Below, piece after piece: positions 46,286 through 55,900 of a stretch of DNA of 64,000 nucleotides. The stretch is from a virus (lineage: Duplodnaviria > Caudoviricetes), in the IMG/VR virus record IMGVR_UViG_3300024351_000013. The stretch is one strand, 5' to 3'. The translations under genes and the position numbers were made by a program. Each line of letters starts with the position of its first letter. Position 1 is the first letter of the stretch. Below the pieces are notes generated by a model. That model was not told where the DNA came from and did no database searches. It was given only the letters and a program-made list of their open reading frames with translations.

Positions 46286-47491
46286 TCATAAATTGTCAGA
46301 GCTTTTAATTGTCGCTATATGACCACCTCCAGCTGAAACTTGTTTCCAATTGGTCCCTCCAATAACTGTTGTGACTGGAGTGGATCTAGTAATTGTGTCA
46401 TTAGTTCCAAGTCTTCCACTATTACCACTACCCCAAGTCCATAAAGTCCCATCAGTCTTGGTTGCTACTGTATGACCCTCGCCAGTAGAAACTTGTTTCC
46501 AGCTAGTTCCCCCTGCAAATGTTGTAACTGGAGTTGTAAAATTGCCAGATGTGCCCCCATTTCCGAGTCTTCCAAAACTAGCATAACCCCAAGACCATAA
46601 AGTTCCGTCATTCTTCACTGCCGCTGTATGGGTATCTCCAGCAGAAGCTTGCTTCCAGTTGTTCCCTCCAGCAAATGTTGTAACTGGAGTACATCTGTTG
46701 GTGAATCCACCATCTCCTATTTGCCCCTGTGCTCCGCGTCCAAAAGTCCATAAAGTTCCATCAGTCTTTATTGCGACATTATGATGAAAGAAAGCATGGA
46801 CACTTCTCCAATTAGTTCCTCCAGCAAGTGTTGTGACTGGAGTAGATATTGCAACTGTACTATTAATTCCAAGTTGTCCGTAAGTTCCATCCCCCCAAGT
46901 CCATAAAGTCCCATCAGTCTTGGTTGCTATGACATGACGATATCCGCCACTAACTGTTCTCCAATTAGTTCCTCCTGCAAATGTTGTGACGGGGGTAAGT
47001 TTGTTTGTTGCCGTATTGTCACCAAGTCTACCAAATCCCCCTGGACCCCAAATCCATAAAGTTCCGTCAGTTTTTATTGCCATCGTATTATTGAGTCCTA
47101 CACTCAAATATTTCCAATCAGTTCCTCCTGCAAATGTTGTGACGGGAGTAAGTTTGTTAATTGTTGTATTGTCTCCAAGTCTACCACCACTATTATTGCC
47201 CCAAGTCCACAAAGTTCCATCAGTCTTGGTTGCTACAGTATGAAATCTTCCTGCAAAAACTTGCTTCCAGTTAGATCCTCCTGATAATGTTGTGATTGGG
47301 GTTGATTTATTGGTTGTTGTATTATCTCCCAAAACTCCACTATTACCGTATCCCCAAGACCACAACTCCGGAGTCTTTCCAATTTGTTGAGCAATATTTG
47401 GATAAACACTCATTAAGTATTCTTTGGTAATTAATTTATTACCAAGGTCAGTTCCAAAACTATCCCCAAAATTAGTTACTGGATTTGGCAT
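46286..47491 (-). CDS. RCC1/BLIP-II seven-bladed propeller protein
   Basis: Seven repeats of the same consensus. Confidence 0.9.
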   Translation of the reverse strand: MPNPVTNFGDSFGTDLGNKLITKEYLMSVYPNIAQQIGKTPELWSWGYGNSGVLGDNTTTNKSTPITTLSGGSNWKQVFAGRFHTVATKTDGTLWTWGNNSGGRLGDNTTINKLTPVTTFAGGTDWKYLSVGLNNTMAIKTDGTLWIWGPGGFGRLGDNTATNKLTPVTTFAGGTNWRTVSGGYRHVIATKTDGTLWTWGDGTYGQLGINSTVAISTPVTTLAGGTNWRSVHAFFHHNVAIKTDGTLWTFGRGAQGQIGDGGFTNRCTPVTTFAGGNNWKQASAGDTHTAAVKNDGTLWSWGYASFGRLGNGGTSGNFTTPVTTFAGGTSWKQVSTGEGHTVATKTDGTLWTWGSGNSGRLGTNDTITRSTPVTTVIGGTNWKQVSAGGGHIATIKSSDNL

Positions 47492-47492
47492 A

Positions 47493-48161
47493 TCACTCTA
47501 TTGGTGGTTGAGGAATTTCTGGAAGTTCTCTCACAATCACATCATAAACCTCATCAATTGTCGTGCAAGCATCAATCTCTTGAAGTTTTGCAAGTTCCCA
47601 ATCAAATGCATCTTGAACTACTTTATCAATTTCACTGATAATAGTTTGAAGATTTTCTGTGGTAACTTCTAACCAAGCATTGGCAAACTTATAATTATGA
47701 GGACCTGGTGCTGCACTTAACTTACTTGCTAGCATCAACCTTTCTTCTCTTGAAGTTGATACTTGAACTGAATTACCATTAATATCTAAGGCAATTGTCG
47801 TATTTTCTTTTTCTTTTCTATATGGAGCAACTTCTTGCTTACGAATTACTTTGACTTCTTCTAGACTCTTATCAATAATTGGATAAGTAAATACTACTTT
47901 GATTGGAGTACCATCTTCTTCAATAATTTCCCAAGTAAGATTTCCGATGTTGTGATACTTTGGATCATGTTCTGGAATTACTTTTTCAATTGGCAGAAGA
48001 TGTGTAAGACCATCACTAAAATGAATTGGAAGGTCTGTATAACTTTGTGGAGAAATTCTTTCTTCTACTTCAAGGTCTTCCAAATCGGCATTAATGTATT
48101 TCACATTAAATCCCATTGGGCCAAGTTCTAATGAATTATTATGAATAAGTGCGATTTCCAT
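47493..48161 (-). CDS. DUF4376-like tail-fibre-associated protein
   Basis: PEHDPKYH, R.EKENTTI, helical C-terminus FDWE..KLQEIDACTT.DEV. Confidence 0.6.
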   Translation of the reverse strand: MEIALIHNNSLELGPMGFNVKYINADLEDLEVEERISPQSYTDLPIHFSDGLTHLLPIEKVIPEHDPKYHNIGNLTWEIIEEDGTPIKVVFTYPIIDKSLEEVKVIRKQEVAPYRKEKENTTIALDINGNSVQVSTSREERLMLASKLSAAPGPHNYKFANAWLEVTTENLQTIISEIDKVVQDAFDWELAKLQEIDACTTIDEVYDVIVRELPEIPQPPIE

Positions 48162-48178
48162 AGCAATTTTTTAAGTAT

Positions 48179-49363
48179 TTATGATATTGGTAGGTCTGGT
48201 GTGGTTCCAGAGAAGACTGCTGATGTATGTCGAAATTCTGCAGAAACTTGTTTCCAGTTAGTTCCTCCTGCAAAAGAAGTAACTGGAGTATTTTTTTGAA
48301 TTGAATCATTGGCTCCAAGTTGAGCATAAGCAGATGAACCCCAGATCCATAAGGTTCCATCAGTTTTAATTGCTGCGGTATGAGAATCTCCACCAGAAAT
48401 TTGTTTCCAGTTAGTTCCTCCAGAAAATGTTGTTGATGGAATTGATTTTTTGAGGGTTATCGTATTATCTCCCAATTCACCTCTAGCACCATAACCCCAA
48501 GTCCATAAGGTTCCATTAGTTTTAATTGCTGCTGTATGATATCCTCCAGAAGAAACTTGTTTCCAGTTGGTTCCTCCAGTAAATGTTGTGATTGGAGTGT
48601 TTTTTTGGATTGTTGTATTGTCTCCCAAATTCCCATAATTATTATAACCCCAAAGCCATAAAGTCCCATCGGTTTTAATTGCTGCCGTGAAAACACCGCC
48701 ACCAGAAACTTGTTTCCAGTTGGTTCCTCCGGCGAATGTTGTGACTGGGGTTGATCTATGGACTGTGGTATTATCTCCTATTCCTCCGAATGAATTGCGT
48801 CCCCAAAGCCATAGAGTTCCATCGGTTTTAGTTGCTGCAATATGGCCACCTCCACAAGAAACTTGTTTCCAGTTAGTTCCTCCAGAAAATGTAGTGACTG
48901 GAGTACTTCTGGCACCTGTGGCGTTAATTCCTATTTGTGAATACTGATTCAGTCCCCAACACCACAAAGTTCCATCAGTTTTTATTGCTGCTGCATGATA
49001 TTGTGCAGAAGAAACTTGTCTCCAGTTGGTTCCTCCAGCAAATGTAGTGACTGGGGTTGATTTTGTGACTGATGTATTGTCTCCTAATATTCCAAAGGAA
49101 TTAATTCCCCAAGTCCATAAAGTCCCATCAGTTTTTATTGCTGCTTTATTTTTAAATCCACCGGCAACTTGTTTCCAGTTGGTTCCTCCAGCAAATGTAG
49201 TAACTGGAGTAGATCTATTACCAGTAGCGTTGATTCCCAATTGGCTAACATCATTACGCCCCCAAGTCCATAATTCATCACCAACCCACTGGTCTATCAA
49301 CCAAGATTCAGTGACAAAATAATTTTCCAAATCTCCTTCTGGTGAGAAAAACTGATTAGGCAT
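48179..49363 (-). CDS. RCC1/BLIP-II seven-bladed propeller protein
   Basis: Seven repeats of the same consensus. Confidence 0.9.
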   Translation of the reverse strand: MPNQFFSPEGDLENYFVTESWLIDQWVGDELWTWGRNDVSQLGINATGNRSTPVTTFAGGTNWKQVAGGFKNKAAIKTDGTLWTWGINSFGILGDNTSVTKSTPVTTFAGGTNWRQVSSAQYHAAAIKTDGTLWCWGLNQYSQIGINATGARSTPVTTFSGGTNWKQVSCGGGHIAATKTDGTLWLWGRNSFGGIGDNTTVHRSTPVTTFAGGTNWKQVSGGGVFTAAIKTDGTLWLWGYNNYGNLGDNTTIQKNTPITTFTGGTNWKQVSSGGYHTAAIKTNGTLWTWGYGARGELGDNTITLKKSIPSTTFSGGTNWKQISGGDSHTAAIKTDGTLWIWGSSAYAQLGANDSIQKNTPVTSFAGGTNWKQVSAEFRHTSAVFSGTTPDLPIS

Positions 49364-49436
49364 TTAACTTTTTCTCCAACTCTTCGATACGAACCTGTTG
49401 TTCTTTAATTGCTTCAATCAATACACCCACAAGATT
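49356..49436 (-). pseudogene. Orphan 3' remnant of a tail-fibre chaperone (peptidase S74) gene
   Basis: Reads NLVGVLIEAIKEQQVRIEELEKKLNA*, matching GNIVGVLIEAIKEQQ of the 2068-aa fibre. No start codon; in-frame TAA at 49446-49448. Confidence 0.8.
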
Positions 49437-49466
49437 TATAGGTATTTATCTGAAACTACAAAAAAA

Positions 49467-50675
49467 TTAAACACCAAATCTTCCACGAGTAGCATTAAAG
49501 TTCTGTTGAACTTCTGATGCTGAAAGAACGCGATTATAAAAAACACATGAACTCATAAATCCATCAAAATTTACTCCGTTTGCACTAACGCTCTGTCCAA
49601 TTTTTGCATTATTACCAGTACCAGTATAAGCACCTCCCCCAGTGTGAGAGTTGTCCAAAACACCATTTATATAAATTCTTTTTGCATATGTTGTGTTGTT
49701 TAATGTAAAAACAATATGATACCATGTTCCAGTACTTAAAGTTCTTGTCCCAGATAGATCATCAAAAAACATTCCAAAATAAAGACGACTATTTCTTTGA
49801 TTTAAATGAAGAGCAGTTCTTGTACCAAATGAACCATGTTGCAATAAAACTTTATCACTAGAATCAACGCTAGTTGTGTTTATAGTATCAAAATTTACCC
49901 AAAAACTGATAGTCCAGTTTCCTTGAAAAAAAGAATCAGTTAATCCAGTTGGAACAATGTGATCATTACTGCCATCAAAAACAAGAGTTCCTCCATTAGA
50001 ACCGCTGTAAAATGGGCCATTTGTCAAAGTTCCGGTATTACTATTACCACTCAAGTCTCTAAAAACACTGCCTCCATAATAACTTGATGTAAATGAAGTT
50101 GGTGTAGTTGTTCCTGATGGCACTCTTTCTACTTGAAGACCATCCCACCATATAGTTTGTCCAGTTCCGCCAGTGTCTGGTCCATCTAATCTTACATGAA
50201 TATAAGCAATGGTCGCATCAGCCATTGTTACATAATAATTCACTCTTGTCCATTCTGTAGTAATATTAAAAGTTGTTGATGTTATTGTTAACCATGCACC
50301 ATTAACAAATCCTGTACCTGAACTATTGGCACCAAATATAAAAATTTGTCCAGTTGTTGCAACATCTGCTTTGACATAAACACTTACAACCCAAGTCTGT
50401 CCATTTGCTGCTGGTGCAATATTCCAAGTAGAACTATTGTAAGTTCCTATATGTGGGTCATTTCCAGTTACTGCCATTTTCAGTGGAGTATTGCCAACTG
50501 GAGAACTTATTGTATCTCTTGAAATTGTACAAGCATTTAAACCAGCGGTTGAGCACCAAGTAAAAATATCAGTAGAATATTGAAACTCATTTTGAGAATA
50601 AGATTTCTTATTTGCTGGATCAAGTGCAAGAACCAACCCCGTCTCTGATGTATCTGGACCGCTATAAACTCCCAT
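49467..50675 (-). CDS. LamG/concanavalin-A-like virion protein with an inserted carbohydrate-binding-like module
   Basis: GLVLALDPAN, DLSGNSNTGTLTNGP, FDGSND, WYHIV, YNRVLSASEVQQNFNATRGRF. Confidence 0.82.
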   Translation of the reverse strand: MGVYSGPDTSETGLVLALDPANKKSYSQNEFQYSTDIFTWCSTAGLNACTISRDTISSPVGNTPLKMAVTGNDPHIGTYNSSTWNIAPAANGQTWVVSVYVKADVATTGQIFIFGANSSGTGFVNGAWLTITSTTFNITTEWTRVNYYVTMADATIAYIHVRLDGPDTGGTGQTIWWDGLQVERVPSGTTTPTSFTSSYYGGSVFRDLSGNSNTGTLTNGPFYSGSNGGTLVFDGSNDHIVPTGLTDSFFQGNWTISFWVNFDTINTTSVDSSDKVLLQHGSFGTRTALHLNQRNSRLYFGMFFDDLSGTRTLSTGTWYHIVFTLNNTTYAKRIYINGVLDNSHTGGGAYTGTGNNAKIGQSVSANGVNFDGFMSSCVFYNRVLSASEVQQNFNATRGRFGV

Positions 50676-52204
50676 TAGATTCCAAACCTCCCTCTTAATG
50701 CGTTAAAATTTTGTGAAATTTCATCAGCACTCAATGCAGCATTATACATTTTTACGCATCCAACATTGTTTTCTGAATAGTAATAAAAGGCACCAGTATT
50801 TCCATCTCCCGCACCACCTAATCTTAAATCATCACTAGTTCCAGAAAAAGCAGTAGATGTTAAGGTATCAGTTTTCTTAAGAACTCCATTTAAATATGTC
50901 TTAAAAGTAGTCCCAGATTTTGTTACTGCAACATGAAACCATTGACCTTCAATAATGTCAGTTCCGGATGTTCCTAAAGATAAACTCGTTAGATTTTTTA
51001 TTGTTGGTCCGGTATTATCCCAAATATAATACAACAAAGAACTGGCATTATATAAAAACATACTGTGGTATCCTCGATAAGTGACTAAAACACTTTCTCC
51101 CTCACAAGTATCGTATAGTGTTGGATTTCTATCATTAATTCTTGCCCACACTTCTGTCGTATGGTCATTATACAGATATGTATTGGAAGCAAGAGCACCA
51201 GAAGCAGTTACACTCATATTACCACCAATCTTATATGCACCAGTCATTGCCCTAGAAGTTACGGTTCCCATATTGGCACTTAAGTTATAAGTTCCTGCTC
51301 CACCAGTTCCCGTTCCAAACGATGAAATTGTAAGAGCTGGTGTTAATCCGGTGTATGATAGTGCCATTCCATTTGTAATGGTTCCACTTGAAACTGCAGA
51401 TACTGTAAGAACTGTTCCTGAAATAGATCCAGTAAAGTCTGCAAAGGTTTCATTGCGATCAAATCTTATAGAGTTAGTTGTTGCATCGTAAGAGATATAT
51501 TGTGGTTGATTAATTGTATGAGAATAGTTTGAGATTGTTGATGTTGCTGTTGTTGGTCTTGTGACTGTTGATGCTACTGTTTGAACATATGGTGATGCTG
51601 ATGCTTGCGACCCCCTTTCGACTTGCCATCCCCACACATAAACATTGTGTCCAGAGACATTGGAAGTTCCTTGATCTCTTACATAAACTCTAGAAACCGC
51701 TCCAGTATTATCTCCACTATTATAGGTAACAATTGCTCTATACCAACCATCTGGATATTGAATTAGTTGTGAAGTTGCAGTTGTTCCCGCAGTTGTGGTT
51801 AAATATGTTGTTGGACTGGAACCCCAAGTAATCTCTAAAACTGCCTGCCTAAAAGTTCCTACAGTAAAATATAAATTTATTGTACTTTTTGGACTAGTTC
51901 CAGACTTAAGAAAAACTGAAAATGTATAGTTTGTATTTGTAGTTACTACTAAGTTTTTATCGACATTGCAAGTATTTGAACCTCCATTTGTGGTTGAAGT
52001 TAAAGTATCTGCAGTTAATGTTCCGTTAGGAGAAACAATGCTATTTGTTGTTATTGATACGTCACTTGAGAAACTATTCTGCGATATGTCTTCACTGTAA
52101 GTTATTAAATTTTCACTGCCATTATAGCATTTCTGAATGTTTCCGAAGTCCAAGTTGAGTAACAAATTTCGTGTTACTATCTGTGGCGAATGAGAGAGTC
52201 CCAT
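50675..52204 (-). CDS. LamG-like virion protein with inserted modules
   Basis: LLLNLDFGN, WFHVAVT, YNAALSADEISQNFNALRGRF. Confidence 0.8.
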   Translation of the reverse strand: MGLSHSPQIVTRNLLLNLDFGNIQKCYNGSENLITYSEDISQNSFSSDVSITTNSIVSPNGTLTADTLTSTTNGGSNTCNVDKNLVVTTNTNYTFSVFLKSGTSPKSTINLYFTVGTFRQAVLEITWGSSPTTYLTTTAGTTATSQLIQYPDGWYRAIVTYNSGDNTGAVSRVYVRDQGTSNVSGHNVYVWGWQVERGSQASASPYVQTVASTVTRPTTATSTISNYSHTINQPQYISYDATTNSIRFDRNETFADFTGSISGTVLTVSAVSSGTITNGMALSYTGLTPALTISSFGTGTGGAGTYNLSANMGTVTSRAMTGAYKIGGNMSVTASGALASNTYLYNDHTTEVWARINDRNPTLYDTCEGESVLVTYRGYHSMFLYNASSLLYYIWDNTGPTIKNLTSLSLGTSGTDIIEGQWFHVAVTKSGTTFKTYLNGVLKKTDTLTSTAFSGTSDDLRLGGAGDGNTGAFYYYSENNVGCVKMYNAALSADEISQNFNALRGRFGI

Positions 52205-52974
52205 TAGATTTCAAACCTCCCTCTAAGTGCATTAAAGTTTTGTGAAATTTCTGCTGTTGTTAGAGCTCTATTATAAACTTGAACATTACTTATTGATCCC
52301 TCAAAATTATGATACCCTGTAGATGGTGTATTTAATGATGCAGTATTACCAATATCAATATTGTATATTTGCACTGTAGCAGTTCCAACTGTTAAAGTTG
52401 TTGGTGAAGATGCATTTAGATACCCATAAGCAACAGAACCATTCCAAGTTACTACTGCATTATACCAAGTGTTTGTATTTACTAATGTGTTTGATATTGG
52501 GGTATTTGTGCCCCTAATAGCAGCAACACATTTATTTGTATTTGTGCCATAAACAGTAGATGTTCCAGCAACAAATATTCCAAATGTCGCTCCAGTTGCA
52601 ATACCGCCACTTCTTCCGAAAATATGATAAGAACAATTTCCACCATTCAATGCATCACTTCTTGATTGTGTTGGAGAAACTGGAAATTTAAACCAAGCAG
52701 AAACACTCCAAGATCCATTTGTATCTGCAAAAAGATTATTAGCAATTGTAAAACTGGAATTGCCATTTGTTACATAATCATCAACTCCATCAAAAACAAT
52801 AGATCCACCATTAGAACTATTGTAAGTAGGACCATTAGTTAAAGTTCCAGTATTACTATTACCACTCAAATCGGTCCAAGTCGCTCCACTTCCGGGATAA
52901 CTCTTTGTATTTCCAGCATCAAGTGCTAATACAAGACCATTTGTAACTGTGCCGGGATTATAAGCAACTGCCAT
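52204..52974 (-). CDS. LamG-like virion protein
   Basis: GLVLALDAGNTKSYPGSG.TWTDLSGN, FDGVDDY, YNRALTTAEISQNFNALRGRF. Confidence 0.85.
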   Translation of the reverse strand: MAVAYNPGTVTNGLVLALDAGNTKSYPGSGATWTDLSGNSNTGTLTNGPTYNSSNGGSIVFDGVDDYVTNGNSSFTIANNLFADTNGSWSVSAWFKFPVSPTQSRSDALNGGNCSYHIFGRSGGIATGATFGIFVAGTSTVYGTNTNKCVAAIRGTNTPISNTLVNTNTWYNAVVTWNGSVAYGYLNASSPTTLTVGTATVQIYNIDIGNTASLNTPSTGYHNFEGSISNVQVYNRALTTAEISQNFNALRGRFEI

Positions 52975-55900
52975 TATGAAAAATCCTTTTCCTTCAAACT
53001 CTTAATTTCTTCCTTAAGGATATTTATTTGTTCTTGCTGTTCTTTGATTGCTTCAATCAATACGCCAACAATATTTCCATAAGATACTGACTTAAGACCA
53101 TCTTCGTTTTCTGCAACAACTTCTGGAAGTACCTTCTCAATATCTTGTGCAATCACACCAATTGAAGGTTGACTATTTTCATCTTTCCACTTATATCTTA
53201 CACCCTCAAGTTGAGTTACTAAAGATAGTGCATTTTTAATTGGTTGAATATCAGTTTTTTGTGTCCTATCAGATAGTGACGTAAATACTGTTGCGGATAA
53301 TGTTCCTGTTGATGGATTAAAAGTGCATTTTGTACTTGATACATATGCTGTCGAATAAGTACCAGAAGTTGCATTGGCAAATGTTGGATAATAAGTTGCG
53401 TTTGTTGTTGTATCATTTGAAAGAGTTGCACCACCACTAATCGTAGCCCAAGTCTGGTCTCCTCTCAAATATGTTGTCGCGTTGGCAGTTCCTGAAGCAA
53501 GAACTCCAGTAGGAACCGTTCCCGTAGAAAGGTTTGATGCATTTAAAGAAGTTAAGGATGCTCCAGAACCACTAAAACTAGTGGCAGTGAAAACTCCAGC
53601 ACCAGATAAAGTAGCAATACTGGTAGTTCCAGCATACCATTTGAATTGAGATGATGAATCGGGAACAGAAGACCATAAAGTATTAGATTCAATACCAAAC
53701 GCATAATCAACAGTTGCTCCACCTATACCCGAATATAAAAGTATTTTTGTACCAGCACTTCTTGTAGTAAATGTAGGAGCAGCAACACCATTTGAATTAA
53801 AATCAATTCTATTTCCGGTATTGCCATTCAAATAAATTTGACCACCACCAGTTGTTGTGGAGTTTGCTTGAGTTGATATAATTTGGGAACTAAAAGTTTG
53901 ATTTGCGGACCAAGTATTTGCACCATCTAATAAAGGAATTGTGTTTCCAGATGTTCCGGTGTTCTTTCCATCAAGTAAATCTGCGTTAAGATTAGTTACT
54001 ACTGTAGTAGAAGAAACTGTGAGTGGTGCAGTTCCTGTTGCTACCGTTGATACAAATCTTAGTGATGTTGTTACTCCTGTAATATTAGTATCACCAGTAA
54101 CTTGGAGTTTTGATGTTGTACTTGTCGTTCCTACACCAATGTTGCCACCATAAGGACCAAGTAAAACTGTACCATTTGCGTTTACATCAATACTTGGAAT
54201 ACCAGAAACATCATTAACTGAGAATATGGAACCTGATGTTAGGTTATTTGTAATACTGAATAACTGACCTGCGGAACCTTCCCAAGAAAGAGTACCTGAA
54301 TTTAACTCATATGCCTTTTGAGTAATGTGTTGTCCTGTTGAAGAACCAGCAGCAACAAGAAGATTTCCAAGAACATGAAGGTTTTGTAGTGGATTTGTGG
54401 TTCCGATACCAGTATTACCAGAAACATAAGCACCACCAGTTACTTGTAATCTTTGTGATGCTGTTCCTGTTGATGTTGCTGTTCCAACTAATACTGGTCC
54501 ATTAGTGAATGTAGAAACTCCGGAGACACTTAATTGATTCGTAAATAAAGATGTACCATTAAAAGTAAGATTTGCAGATCCTGTTGGATCATTAGATCCA
54601 TCTTTATAAACAACTTGATTTGCAGATCCTGCTACTGGACCAGCGGTTCCTTGAGTGCCCTGTAATCCCTGAGTACCCTGAAGTCCTTGAGTTCCTTGAG
54701 AACCTCCTAAACCTTGTAATCCCTGAAGTCCTTGGGTTCCTTGAGAACCTCCTAAACCTTGTAATCCCTGAAGACCTTGAGTTCCTTGAGAACCTCCTAA
54801 ACCTTGTAATCCCTGAAGACCTTGAGTTCCTTGAGAACCTCCTAAACCTTGTAATCCTTGAAGTCCCTGAAGACCTTGGGTTCCCTGAATACCAGCAGCA
54901 AATGGAGTAGTCCAACTTACTCCAGCACCAGTTGATACAAGAATAGACCCAGCAGCACCTACATTATTATAAAAATCATTAAGACCAGAACGAATTCTTA
55001 AGTTTCCACCAACATCTAATTTTTCAGTTGGATTTGTGGTTCCTATACCAATATTAAAGTTTTCATCACCAACTAACCAATATTTACTTGGGTTTTCATC
55101 AGTTCTTACACCAACAGCAAATTGAGTGTCTTTGGTGGTGTTTGGTGAATCAAATAAATCAGGACCAGGACCACCCGAACCAATTATAATTTTTCTAGAT
55201 GCTGCTGTGGAAATTCCACTTAGTGGTCCAAGGTAGATATTATAATTTCCACTTTTGTTGCTGTTTCCTGCACGATTGCCAAAGAAGTTGTTGTGGTATC
55301 CATCAATATTATCCTCTCCTGCAAAAACACCGAGGAAATTATTAGCATTTCCATTAATATTATTATATCCTGCAAAAGCATTCAAAAAGATATTACTACT
55401 TCCACTAGTGTTATTATATCCTGCAGATTCTCCTATGAAGATATTAGTACCTCCATCAATATTATTATTTCCTGCAAAACCACCTAAGAATTGGTTCGAA
55501 TATCCAGAAGTAGTATAATTACCAGCACCAATGCCCATAAAAATGTTATTAAATCCATCAGTAATGGAGGAACCAGTAGTATTATCACCTATTCTTATGT
55601 TAGTATTTCCATATTGATCGATGCCAAATCCTAATACTCCATTAATTTGAAGTGCTGTTGTTGGATTTGTGGTTCCTATACCGACATTATAAGAACTATT
55701 ACCATAAATCCAAGCAGTACTTCCTGAACCAATAACTAACTGATTACTTCCATCGGGAATAGGAGGACTAGAAGTTGGACCATAACTATCTGATGGACCA
55801 ATAAGAACATTATTACTACCACTAGATAGATAAACTCCTGCAAATTTGCCAATAGCAACATTATTAGTTCCAGAGGTATTAGCAGCTCCTGCATTATTTC

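Larger units (their letters stand above)
40982..49363 (-). repeat. 21 RCC1 blades (~156-nt period) with DNA-level conserved cores in three genes
   Basis: The core gtttccagttggttcctcc(t/a)gc(g/a)aatgt(a/t)gtgactggag and close variants recur in all three RCC1 genes. Confidence 0.85.

Noticed and set aside
40982-49363. Regularly spaced conserved ~40-nt DNA repeats resembling a CRISPR array or DGR template/variable repeats
   Set aside because: They are in-frame RCC1 blade codons with ~156-nt period and synonymous variation. No cas gene, leader or reverse transcriptase is in the window, and I saw no pair of repeats differing only at adenines.
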